Source: a virus
Lineage: Duplodnaviria > Caudoviricetes
Strand: one strand, 5' to 3'
Length of the DNA: 64,000 bases
IMG/VR virus record: IMGVR_UViG_3300035670_000192
Span: 1,194 to 65,193 of that record
The notes below the pieces were generated by a model. The model saw only the letters and a list, made by a program, of their open reading frames with translations, was not told the DNA's origin and did no database searches. This document shows positions 1 to 9,099 of this stretch, in pieces (position 1 is the first letter of the stretch; every line of letters starts with the position of its first letter). A program made the position numbers and the translations under genes.

Positions 1-273
1 AATAATGCGATCCGTACAAAGAACCTTGAAAAGAAGTATCAGGAAATCAAAGAAGGTGAAAAGATAAAGTTCTTATATGTGAAGGAACCAAACCCACTTC
101 AATGTAGCGTCATATCGTTCTTAACAACTATCCCGAAAGAATTTGACTTGGGACCATATTTAGATTATGATACTCAATTCGAGAAAGCGTTTCTCGATCC
201 GTTGACGATTGTTCTTGACAGTATTAACTGGAAGAGCGAGAAAACTAATTCGCTAGATGACTTTTTCTCATAG
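1..273 (+). CDS. gp43: DNA polymerase family B, C-terminal end (partial)
   Basis: Frame 1 is open from base 1 (…KKYQEIKEGEKIKFLYVKEPNP…YDTQFEKAFLDPL…SLDDFFS). It has the T4-type C-terminal clamp-binding peptide SLDDFF and lies just upstream of uvsX. Confidence 0.9.
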   Translation, partial: NNAIRTKNLEKKYQEIKEGEKIKFLYVKEPNPLQCSVISFLTTIPKEFDLGPYLDYDTQFEKAFLDPLTIVLDSINWKSEKTNSLDDFFS

Positions 274-282
274 GAGATACAA

Positions 283-1347
283 ATGAGTTTACTTGATAAG
301 ATTAAGAAAAATTCCACGATTAAGGATTCAGCAATTCTTGCTCGTTCCAAGTTCTTTGCCGCAAAGGATATGATTCAAACCAGCATTCCCGTTGTGAACG
401 TTGCCTTCTCTGGCGACCTTGATGGCGGTTTCACTCCTGGTCTTACGATGTGGGCTGGTCCGTCAAAGCACTTCAAGACTGCTTTCAGTCTCTTGATGGT
501 GAAAGCATATCAGGTTAAGTATCCTGACGCAGTTGTATTGTTCTACGACTCAGAGTTTGGTACTCCACAAAACTATTTCACTTCGTTCGGTATCGATACC
601 GATCGCGTTGTTCACACTCCAATCACGGACGTTGAACAATTGAAGTTTGACATTATGCAACAGTTGACTAACATTGAGCGTGGCGAGCGTGTGATGATCG
701 TCATTGACTCGATTGGTAACTTGGCTTCGAAGAAAGAAGTCGAGGATGCGTTGGATGGTAAGTCAGTTGCTGACATGAGCCGCGCAAAACAAATCAAATC
801 CCTGTTCCGTATGGTAACACCTCACCTCACCTTAAAAGATATTCCTATGGTTGTAGTAAATCACACCTATAAAGAAATAGGTTTGTATCCCAAGGATATT
901 GTCGGTGGCGGAACAGGTTCCTATTACTCTGCTGATAACATTTATATCCTCGGTCGTCAGCAGGAAAAGGAAGGTACTGATCTGATTGGTTATAACTTTA
1001 TCATTAACGTGGAGAAGTCTCGTTATGTTCGAGAGAAAGCCAAGATTCCTGTAACTGTTCGTTTCGACGGCGGCATTAGTAAATACAGTGGTCTTCTTGA
1101 CATGGCACTTGAGTCTGGTCATGTTACAAAGCCAAATGTGGGTTGGTATGCTAAAGTAAATACAGCCACTGGCGAAGTTGAACCCAAGAAGTGGCGTTTG
1201 GCTGATACTGAATGTGCCGAATTCTGGGATAGCATTCTTGCAGATGACGGATTCAAAGAGTGGATTCGTAAAAACTATCAATTCAGTTCAGCAGTTGCTG
1301 GTAATCTAGATACCACTCCTGTTGGAGATCAAGAAGATGATGAGTAA
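283..1347 (+). CDS. uvsX: RecA-like recombinase UvsX
   Basis: Walker A GPSKHFKT, FYDSEFG, IDSIGNLASKKE and DMSRAK motifs; T4 synteny. Confidence 0.96.
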   Translation: MSLLDKIKKNSTIKDSAILARSKFFAAKDMIQTSIPVVNVAFSGDLDGGFTPGLTMWAGPSKHFKTAFSLLMVKAYQVKYPDAVVLFYDSEFGTPQNYFTSFGIDTDRVVHTPITDVEQLKFDIMQQLTNIERGERVMIVIDSIGNLASKKEVEDALDGKSVADMSRAKQIKSLFRMVTPHLTLKDIPMVVVNHTYKEIGLYPKDIVGGGTGSYYSADNIYILGRQQEKEGTDLIGYNFIINVEKSRYVREKAKIPVTVRFDGGISKYSGLLDMALESGHVTKPNVGWYAKVNTATGEVEPKKWRLADTECAEFWDSILADDGFKEWIRKNYQFSSAVAGNLDTTPVGDQEDDE

Positions 1348-1852
1348 TTTTCTTGATAAGTTTCATAAGTGGAATCGCGATCGTAAATATCGTAAAGACA
1401 AGTATTACGAAATTTATCATGAACCAAGTGTTTATGAAAACGACAATGTTTCGATCGCTTTCCGTTTATTGAAAGGAAAGTATAAAGATGTAGTTTTCAC
1501 CATTGGTAGAATTCAAATTGGTGAAACGTTGAGTGATGGTTCAGCAAAAGCAAATTTTGATGTTGAAGTTATCAAACAACCAAGCAAACTAAAAGGTGAC
1601 TTGACTCTGAAAGAAGATTTCAATAGAATTACTGGTGACATTCTATTGGTTGTCCTTGAAGATGCAATTAAAGCGGCGGATGAAAGAATTAACTCTTTAG
1701 AACAAGAGTTAAGGGGAGCAGAAAATGAGTTTGACGAAGATCGAGCAAATTATATTGAAGAACCTGTTCAAAAACGAACCGTTCGTAAGAAAGACCCTTC
1801 CGTTTCTAAAAAGCGAGTACTTCCAAGAAAGAGTCGAAAAAATAGTATTTGA
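1337..1852 (+). CDS. Hypothetical protein in the T4 gp40 position (head vertex assembly chaperone-like)
   Basis: Lies between uvsX and the helicase; LLKGKYKDVVF…GDILL pattern; 3' end overlaps the helicase by 128 nt. Confidence 0.55.
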   Translation: MMSNFLDKFHKWNRDRKYRKDKYYEIYHEPSVYENDNVSIAFRLLKGKYKDVVFTIGRIQIGETLSDGSAKANFDVEVIKQPSKLKGDLTLKEDFNRITGDILLVVLEDAIKAADERINSLEQELRGAENEFDEDRANYIEEPVQKRTVRKKDPSVSKKRVLPRKSRKNSI

Positions 1853-3110
1853 AGAAGTACAAAGTTATGTTCTAAAATATAATAACGTTCCTTCATTTGA
1901 AGCGATTAACATCTCTCTTTCTCAGAGAGATAATCTTTTTGAAGAAGATTTTCGCCAGACAAATGAATTAATTGAATCGCTGAAGTCCAGCGATGACTCA
2001 AGTAAGATGGAATGGCTACTTGAGTTGACAGAGAAGTTTTGTCAAGAGAAAGCACTTCATAACGCGATCCTAGAATCAATTCATATTCTAGATGAAAAGA
2101 CTGATAAGACTAAAGGTGCGATTCCGAAGATTCTTTCGGACGCACTTTCAGTTTCTTTCGATCCTAACATTGGTCACGACTATATTGAAGATGCATCAAA
2201 GCGATTTGATTTCTATCATCAAGTTGAAAAGCGCATTCCTTTTGATCTAGACTTCTTCAATCGTATCACTAAAGGCGGTTTGCCGACTAAAACTCTAAAC
2301 GTCGCGTTGGCAGGCACTGGCGTTGGTAAGTCATTGTTCATGTGCCACGTGGCTGCAGGTGCGTTGAGTCAAAACTATAACGTCTTGTACATTACTCTTG
2401 AAATGGCTGAAGAAAAGATTGCTGAACGTATTGACGCGAATCTCTTGAACGTTAAGTTAGATGACCTCGCAAACTTACCGAAAGATACTTATGAAAGAAA
2501 GATCTCTCGCATCAAAGAGAATATTAAAGGTAAGTTGATCATTAAAGAATATCCAACTGCGTCCGCAGGTTCGATTCACTTTCGAACGTTGTTGAACGAA
2601 CTTGCCATCAAGAAAAACTTTAAGCCCGATATCGTCTTTATTGACTATCTGAATATATGTGCTTCGGCTCGTTTGAAACACGGCGCGAACGTAAACTCGT
2701 ATTCATATATCAAAGCGATTGCGGAAGAAATTCGCGGTCTTGCGGTTGAGTTTAAAGTCCCGATTGTTTCAGCCACTCAAACGACTCGCTCAGGTTTCAC
2801 CAATACCGATCCTGGTCTTGAGGATACTTCTGAATCGTTTGGTTTGCCTGCAACGGCTGACTTTATGTTTGCCCTAATTACTTCTGAGGAACTCGAAAAA
2901 CTGAATCACATTATGGTGAAACAGTTGAAGAATAGATATAATGATCCAACGATGAATAAAAGATTTGTGATCGGCGTTGATCGTTCGAAGATGAAACTTT
3001 ATGATGTTGAAGCCGCCGCACAAACGACCTTGGCTGATTCTGGACAGGAGTTAGATCGCGGAATGGATAGAGATAGACCGAAGAATAAATTTAGCGCCAT
3101 TAAGGTATGA
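1725..3110 (+). CDS. gp41: DnaB-like replicative helicase
   Basis: LAGTGVGKS Walker A, ITLEMAEE, IDYLNI, SATQTTRSG, SESFGLPATAD and KQLKNRY motifs. Confidence 0.97.
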   Translation: MSLTKIEQIILKNLFKNEPFVRKTLPFLKSEYFQERVEKIVFEEVQSYVLKYNNVPSFEAINISLSQRDNLFEEDFRQTNELIESLKSSDDSSKMEWLLELTEKFCQEKALHNAILESIHILDEKTDKTKGAIPKILSDALSVSFDPNIGHDYIEDASKRFDFYHQVEKRIPFDLDFFNRITKGGLPTKTLNVALAGTGVGKSLFMCHVAAGALSQNYNVLYITLEMAEEKIAERIDANLLNVKLDDLANLPKDTYERKISRIKENIKGKLIIKEYPTASAGSIHFRTLLNELAIKKNFKPDIVFIDYLNICASARLKHGANVNSYSYIKAIAEEIRGLAVEFKVPIVSATQTTRSGFTNTDPGLEDTSESFGLPATADFMFALITSEELEKLNHIMVKQLKNRYNDPTMNKRFVIGVDRSKMKLYDVEAAAQTTLADSGQELDRGMDRDRPKNKFSAIKV

Positions 3111-3766
3111 AATTAGATAAGATACAGAAAAAAGTTGACGCCATTAGCCCATCTTGGGTGGGCGTCAAGTCTGTACCTGCTATCATTCGCAGTCTGAATA
3201 AAGCATTTGAAAAATCTATTCTTTACTTCACTTCTTCTCGTTATGATGAAGCCTATCTCCCAAACCACTCAGTTATTGTTTCAGGGCAGTATTGTCCTCG
3301 AATCTTTTCGACGATTCCTGAGAACATATTGATCACTTTAAGTTTCCCTGTTGCGAATAAAAAGGTGGTCATTACTGAAAAGGAAGCCAAGAATCTGGCT
3401 ATTAAGGTCATTCGGGCGATTCACCATGAATATCGCCATAAACATCAACAGCGTGGTCGAGGCTATTCTTACACCAAACAGTATACGCCAAAACAGAAGA
3501 AAGACCGTATGAAGTTGATGTACTATGGTAACCCAGACGAGATCGACGCTCATGCTTATGAAACTCAAGCCGAGCGTCTGAATATAAATAACCTTCGTAA
3601 GGCGCATAAGATCAATTGGACCGAATGCGAGTCAATCTATATGTACCGACTACATTTTCGGAAATCCGATCCGAAGATATGGAAACGGTTTCTTAAGAAG
3701 GTTTACAAACTCAATGTTGAAGTACAAGCAATACCTAAAAGAACAGGAAACAAAAAGTCACATTGA
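3107..3766 (+). CDS. Putative zincin metallopeptidase
   Basis: HEYRH (HExxH) with a downstream EIDAHA. Confidence 0.55.
   Translation: MKLDKIQKKVDAISPSWVGVKSVPAIIRSLNKAFEKSILYFTSSRYDEAYLPNHSVIVSGQYCPRIFSTIPENILITLSFPVANKKVVITEKEAKNLAIKVIRAIHHEYRHKHQQRGRGYSYTKQYTPKQKKDRMKLMYYGNPDEIDAHAYETQAERLNINNLRKAHKINWTECESIYMYRLHFRKSDPKIWKRFLKKVYKLNVEVQAIPKRTGNKKSH
3583..3590 (+). promoter_or_regulatory. T4-type late promoter TATAAATA
   Basis: Exact consensus, about 125 nt upstream of the 3714 gene; it lies inside a CDS. Confidence 0.5.
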
Positions 3767-4097
3767 CGACTTTATGGATTACTGTAGGGATTATCTAAAT
3801 GTAAGTGAAATGCCTGAACTGGTATTGATTCCTGATAAGGCTATTGCTGCTGAGAACAAGAGTTTTGGTGGGTATTCTCCGAGCGAGAAAAAAATCTATT
3901 TGAATACAGGTGGTAGACATACTGCTGATGTTCTCAGGACTCTAGCCCATGAAATGGTACATCATAAACAGAATTTAGATGGTGTACTTACCAACTATGC
4001 TGGTGAAACTGGCAGCGAATTTGAGAACGAAGCAAATAGCGTTGCTGGTATTATTATGAGAAACTATGGTAAACAAAATCCAAGAATTTACGAATAA
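3714..4097 (+). CDS. Small zincin metallopeptidase with a capsid-targeting-like leader
   Basis: RTLAHEMVH…ENEAN motif; N-terminus MLKYKQYLKE resembles the T4 IP leader MKTYQEFIAE. Confidence 0.65.
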   Translation: MLKYKQYLKEQETKSHIDDFMDYCRDYLNVSEMPELVLIPDKAIAAENKSFGGYSPSEKKIYLNTGGRHTADVLRTLAHEMVHHKQNLDGVLTNYAGETGSEFENEANSVAGIIMRNYGKQNPRIYE

Positions 4098-4109
4098 GGT
4101 TGGCTACTA

Positions 4110-5234
4110 ATGCCAACTCGTAAGCCTCCATCAAGAGTTACTACTCGTCGTCCTGCTCCTAAACAAAAACCAAGGGCAGGATATAAGGCTGCGCTCACTC
4201 AAGAAAAGATTCTTTCTGAAATTAAAACTGGCGTCAAAGGTGTAATTGCTTATCCAGAAAATCGTAAAACAATTCGTGTTGATGTTCCCGTTAACAATAT
4301 CAATCTGCGAACAAAAACGGCAATTGAAGTATCGAAGTTGTTTGATGAAGCAATTATTTCACCAAAAGATCCTAAAATTGTTTTACTTGGGACCGACTTT
4401 CGAGTTATAATAAAGCCTGCAAAAGGTTCAAAGAAAACAGGATCGGCGCCAGAGTATGGCGCTATTGGTAAAATTAATCTTCGCAGTTTTGATACAAATT
4501 CATTTGCGAGTTTAACGCCAGAGTTTTCAAGAGGATCAGTACCAACAAACGTTAAAGAAGCATCAGATGTAAAATGCGTTTCTGATTTGAATACACAAAT
4601 TACAGAAATGATGGGTTCTTCATTTGAAGGTGTTGATCTGACAATTGCTGGCTTTCGTGTAAAGAATATTGTTGGTGCGATACCTGTAACAAATGGTGAA
4701 CCAAAAGCAGACGTTATGTTGGTTCAATATGATAAAGCGCGCAAGCGTTTGTCTCCCGCATTTTATATGTCTTACAAGATGGGTAGTGATGCAAAGGGAT
4801 TTCAAAATTATTCAGGCTTGTCCGATAAGAGTGCACCTGAAATATTTAAAGATCCAGAGACAATTCGTTTTTATGAGAAACTATATACTTTGCAGAAGCA
4901 AGGAAATCGTAAGAGTTGCTTCAGAAAATTAAAGTCTCAAGATATTATCGGCAAATCATTGTGGGGAATGAAGTACGGTAGTGGGACTTATGGTTTAGAT
5001 AATGTGCATTTAATTGCTCAGGGTGAGTTGAACATTTCTCGCGGTACGGTCAATTATGACCATATTCAAAAGAATGGTAACTTCAATTTAACTGGTGGTT
5101 ATGATCCTGTTTTTGGTGCACGTTATACTCCAGGTCGTGGTAATGTTGGTCCGAATGATATTCGTATCAAAGACATGCGACTTGGAATTTTCCCTATGGC
5201 TTATTTCATGAGTAGAGACGCGAGAGAAATTTAA
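4110..5234 (+). CDS. Putative PD-(D/E)xK-like nuclease
   Basis: PKADVML…MSYKMG…FQNYSG pattern; basic N-terminal tail. Confidence 0.45.
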   Translation: MPTRKPPSRVTTRRPAPKQKPRAGYKAALTQEKILSEIKTGVKGVIAYPENRKTIRVDVPVNNINLRTKTAIEVSKLFDEAIISPKDPKIVLLGTDFRVIIKPAKGSKKTGSAPEYGAIGKINLRSFDTNSFASLTPEFSRGSVPTNVKEASDVKCVSDLNTQITEMMGSSFEGVDLTIAGFRVKNIVGAIPVTNGEPKADVMLVQYDKARKRLSPAFYMSYKMGSDAKGFQNYSGLSDKSAPEIFKDPETIRFYEKLYTLQKQGNRKSCFRKLKSQDIIGKSLWGMKYGSGTYGLDNVHLIAQGELNISRGTVNYDHIQKNGNFNLTGGYDPVFGARYTPGRGNVGPNDIRIKDMRLGIFPMAYFMSRDAREI

Positions 5235-5237
5235 TTT

Positions 5238-6185
5238 ATGACAACATTTGTGACTGGTGGTTTGGGATTTATCGGTTCCAATTTTGTAATCGCTCACCTT
5301 AAAAAGCATCCCTCAGACGAAATCGTCGTTATCGACAATAACTCTTATGCCGCAAATGCCAGTAATCTAGATGGTTATTGGGAAGATTGGCGTTTGTCGA
5401 ACAAGCACATCGACATTAGAAACTACGAAGAATTGGATTTACTCTATAACCGTTATGAACCGCATATTACTTATCATTTTGCTGCTGAATCTCATGTGGA
5501 TAATTCCATTCGTGGTGATGATATTTTCGTCGATACAAATATTATCGGAACTCATAATATTCTAAAATGTATTAAGAAGTATGGCGGTAAACTCGTACAT
5601 ATTTCAACCGACGAAGTTTATGGTAGTCTGTCTCACGAAGATCCTCCATTTTCAGAAACGACTCCATACAATCCTCGCAATCCGTATTCTGCGACCAAAG
5701 CCGCCAGCGATCATCTTGTTCGCTCATATGTGAATACGCATAACATTGAAGCGATTGTGACTAACTGTTCAAATAACTACGGTCCTCGTCAACATCATGA
5801 GAAGTTCATTCCGACTGTAATTCGTCATATTAGAAACAATACTCCTGTTCCCGTTTATGGTACAGGCGAAAACGTTCGTGATTGGTTGTATGTTGAAGAT
5901 CATTGTGAGGCTTTATTGGAAATTGGTCAACACTTTAAGTCAGGTGAACGATACAATATTGGTGGTGGTCATGAAGTAAGCAATCTTGAAATGGTTGCTA
6001 TGATTTTAGACATTATGGGTAAGCCAATTAATATGTACCAATCATGGATCAATTTCGTAAATGATCGTAAGGGTCATGATTTTAGATATGCAATGAACGC
6101 TGAGAAGATTCAAAAGGAACTTGGTTGGTCGGCAAAAACAGATATTATTGTTGGTCTTGAAAAAACATTGGAGTGGTATAAATGA
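5238..6185 (+). CDS. rmlB: dTDP-glucose 4,6-dehydratase
   Basis: TGGLGFIG, HFAAESHVDNSI, STDEVYG, PYSATK, SNNYGP and GHDFRY motifs. Confidence 0.96.
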   Translation: MTTFVTGGLGFIGSNFVIAHLKKHPSDEIVVIDNNSYAANASNLDGYWEDWRLSNKHIDIRNYEELDLLYNRYEPHITYHFAAESHVDNSIRGDDIFVDTNIIGTHNILKCIKKYGGKLVHISTDEVYGSLSHEDPPFSETTPYNPRNPYSATKAASDHLVRSYVNTHNIEAIVTNCSNNYGPRQHHEKFIPTVIRHIRNNTPVPVYGTGENVRDWLYVEDHCEALLEIGQHFKSGERYNIGGGHEVSNLEMVAMILDIMGKPINMYQSWINFVNDRKGHDFRYAMNAEKIQKELGWSAKTDIIVGLEKTLEWYK

Positions 6186-7060
6186 GAAAGGGAATAATTT
6201 TATCTGGTGGCATGGGCACTCGTTTGTATCCATGCACTGAAGTGACATCAAAGCAATTGTTGCCTGTTTACGACAAGCCACTTGTTTACTATCCACTCAC
6301 TACACTAATGCTTGCTGGTATTCGCGATATTATGATTATCAATTCGCCAAATGATGCTGAACAGTTTAAGCGTTTGTTGAAAGATGGATCACAATGGGGT
6401 TTGCATATTTCATATGCAATTCAACAAGAGCCAAAAGGAATTGCTGAGTGTTTTCGCATTGCTGAAAAGTGGATTGGTAAAGATGATGTTGCTTTAATTC
6501 TTGGCGATAACATTTTCTACGGAAATGATTTAATCAATCGTTTCAATTATGCCAAGAACAATACAGGCTGCACTTTGTTTGCATATCATGTACAGGATCC
6601 AGAACGTTTTGGTGTTCTTGAAGTGAATGAACATGGCGATCCAGTGGCTATTTTAGAAAAACCAAAAGTTGCTCCAACAAACTATGCTGTGACTGGTTTA
6701 TATTTCTACGACAATAATGTTGTAGACTATGCTTGGCAAATCGCTCCTTCTGCTCGTGGTGAACTTGAAATCACCGATATTAATAATATCTACATGAAGG
6801 ATCATAACTGTAAGGTAGAATACTTGAATCGCGGTATTGCCTGGATTGATACAGGCACTTTTGAATCTCTTGCTGAAGCATCGACATTCGTTGGATCAAT
6901 TCAAAGAAGAACTGGCACAATGATTGCATGTCCAGAAGAAATTGCTTATCGTAATGCTTGGATTACACAGCATCAGTTATCAAATGCTGCTAGAAAGTAT
7001 TCAAAATCGGATTACGGTAAGTATCTCGATAAAATCATATCTATGGGTCGTTATAGTTGA
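6182..7060 (+). CDS. rmlA: Glucose-1-phosphate thymidylyltransferase
   Basis: GIILSGGMGTRLYP, SKQLLPVYDKP, LGDNIF, SARGELEITD and WIDTGT motifs. Confidence 0.96.
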   Translation: MRKGIILSGGMGTRLYPCTEVTSKQLLPVYDKPLVYYPLTTLMLAGIRDIMIINSPNDAEQFKRLLKDGSQWGLHISYAIQQEPKGIAECFRIAEKWIGKDDVALILGDNIFYGNDLINRFNYAKNNTGCTLFAYHVQDPERFGVLEVNEHGDPVAILEKPKVAPTNYAVTGLYFYDNNVVDYAWQIAPSARGELEITDINNIYMKDHNCKVEYLNRGIAWIDTGTFESLAEASTFVGSIQRRTGTMIACPEEIAYRNAWITQHQLSNAARKYSKSDYGKYLDKIISMGRYS

Positions 7061-7068
7061 GGTGTAAA

Positions 7069-7845
7069 ATGAAAATTCTAGTTGTTGGTCGTGGATGGAC
7101 AGGTAAAAAGGTTTTTAATGAACTCGTAAAGCGAGGTCATATTGTAACTTATTGTAGTCATGATGATGCTATTGAAGAGGCTACTGACGGTGGATATCAG
7201 TGGGTGGTCAATTGCGCAGGCATGACTGGTTCGCCGAACGTCGATGCTTGCGAATTGCAGCGCGAAGAAACGGCAGAAGCAAATGCTATTTTCCCAGCGT
7301 TACTTCTTGATGCATGTAATCGCGGCTGGGCGAAGTTGGCTCATTTTTCGAGTGGTTGTATCTATCAGGGCGAGATCACTCATGTAAACGATGACCCAAA
7401 CTATTTCGGTAGCATTTATTCAGTTACCAAGGGAGTTTCAGATCTTTACTTGAAGGATCGTGCTCTTGTGTTCCGCATTCGTATGCCTTTCACTGGGTTG
7501 AACGAAAAGAAGAATTATCTAACAAAGGTAATGAACTACGCCAAGAACGGTAAGTTAATCGACTCAGGTCAAAACTCACTTACAGATCTTGATGAAGCCG
7601 TTCGTGTTGCCTGTGATCTTATCGAAAAGGGCGAAATGGGTCCTGTAAATCTCGTTAACGAAGGTTCGGTCAATATGCACGAACTCGTTGAATTGATGGG
7701 ATTGGATAACGTTCAATGGTTCACTGAGGAAGAATTCAAAGCCGCTACGTTGGCTTCGCGTTCAACCTGCACAATTCCAGCCCACCCTGCAATGCGTCCA
7801 GTGCGTGAAGCATTGGCTGAAGCAATTGCCAAGATGAAGCAGTAA
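7069..7845 (+). CDS. NDP-4-keto-6-deoxyglucose 3,5-epimerase/4-reductase (NRS/ER, UER1-like; RmlD superfamily)
   Basis: GxGWxG, NCAGMTGSPNVDACE, SSGCIY, YSVTK and RIRMP motifs. Confidence 0.8.
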   Translation: MKILVVGRGWTGKKVFNELVKRGHIVTYCSHDDAIEEATDGGYQWVVNCAGMTGSPNVDACELQREETAEANAIFPALLLDACNRGWAKLAHFSSGCIYQGEITHVNDDPNYFGSIYSVTKGVSDLYLKDRALVFRIRMPFTGLNEKKNYLTKVMNYAKNGKLIDSGQNSLTDLDEAVRVACDLIEKGEMGPVNLVNEGSVNMHELVELMGLDNVQWFTEEEFKAATLASRSTCTIPAHPAMRPVREALAEAIAKMKQ

Positions 7846-7855
7846 TCTAAAAGAA

Positions 7856-7863
7856 ACTAAATA
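7856..7863 (+). promoter_or_regulatory. Late promoter variant ACTAAATA
   Basis: Intergenic TAAATA core upstream of 7901. Confidence 0.55.
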
Positions 7864-7900
7864 TACTCGTATCCCACAGAGCGGAGAGAGTGTATTCTGA

Positions 7901-9073
7901 ATGTTATCCTTTAGAAATTATTATTTAACAGAAGAAATTGAACCCGTTAAGCATCTAAAGCATTTAACGCACGCAGAGGATAATTTCATTCACGGTGGAG
8001 AAACTGGTTTTCACCACACGGTTGATGCTCTTTCGGCAGTTAATGACAAACTGCACGGTCATTTCAATACTACAAAAGTGACGACCAAGTACGACGGATC
8101 CCCTTCTCTCGTATTTGGTCGTCATCCACAAACAGGTAAGTTTTTCGTAGCCAGCAAGTCTGCCTTTAATGTAAACCCTAAAATTAATTACAGTGAAGCC
8201 GATATTGAAAAGAATCACGGTCACGCTCCAGGCTTGGTAGAAAAACTTAAAACCGCACTACGCCATCTCCCTAAAGTCGCCCCAAAACACGGCGTTTATC
8301 AAGGTGACATTATGTACACCAAAGGTGACGTGGCTAAAAAGAGTGGAAAGTACCATTTCACTCCAAACACGATCACTTATTCTACTCCTATAGACTCAGA
8401 ACACGGTCAAAAGATAGCCAAGGCTCATATCGGCTTGGTTGTACATACCAAATATCATGGCTCAGATTTGAGCAACATGACCGCTGGATTCGACGTCGAT
8501 CATGATAGATTTGGCTCTCATTCAGATGTCCATCTAATTCATCCAGGCGTTAAACCAGTAGAGCATTCCGAAAAGAATAAAAAAGAATTCAATACCTATC
8601 TTGGGGCAGCAATTCGCCATCATCAGGCGTCTCACCCAGAGATGTACCACGTGGTTCGTTCACATGGAGAGAACTTCGACCGTTATATCAATCATACTGT
8701 TCGCGAAGGTACTAAACCGAACGTCGAAGGCTATCGTGCCTTTGTTTCTAACCGTTTCGAGAATGAAATCGAGAAGAAAAAGACTCAAAAGGGTAAATTA
8801 AAGCAACACGAAGCCCTTAATGCATTTAATAATGATGTAAATCGCAATCATACTCATCTATCTCAAGCATTTAAGATTCACCACGCCATTCAAAAGGCAA
8901 AAAATGCTTTGATAAATACCTTATCTTCCTCTGCTGAATTTGAGCATCATATTGATGGTAAGGCTACCAAGCCTGAGGGGTTTGTAATGGTTCATAATGG
9001 TCACCCCACAAAATTAGTCGATCGCGCCGAGTTTGCGCGTCAAAATCTTCTAAAAGGAAGGAAGAATAAATAA
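7901..9073 (+). CDS. Conserved T4-like phage protein with ligase/nucleotidyltransferase-fold motifs (DUF6267-like)
   Basis: TKYDGSP (KxDG), YQGD, PEGFV and KLVDR motifs; leader MLSFRNYYLTEE. Confidence 0.7.
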   Translation: MLSFRNYYLTEEIEPVKHLKHLTHAEDNFIHGGETGFHHTVDALSAVNDKLHGHFNTTKVTTKYDGSPSLVFGRHPQTGKFFVASKSAFNVNPKINYSEADIEKNHGHAPGLVEKLKTALRHLPKVAPKHGVYQGDIMYTKGDVAKKSGKYHFTPNTITYSTPIDSEHGQKIAKAHIGLVVHTKYHGSDLSNMTAGFDVDHDRFGSHSDVHLIHPGVKPVEHSEKNKKEFNTYLGAAIRHHQASHPEMYHVVRSHGENFDRYINHTVREGTKPNVEGYRAFVSNRFENEIEKKKTQKGKLKQHEALNAFNNDVNRNHTHLSQAFKIHHAIQKAKNALINTLSSSAEFEHHIDGKATKPEGFVMVHNGHPTKLVDRAEFARQNLLKGRKNK

Positions 9074-9099
9074 TCTTATTGCCAACAGATGGTAAAAAT

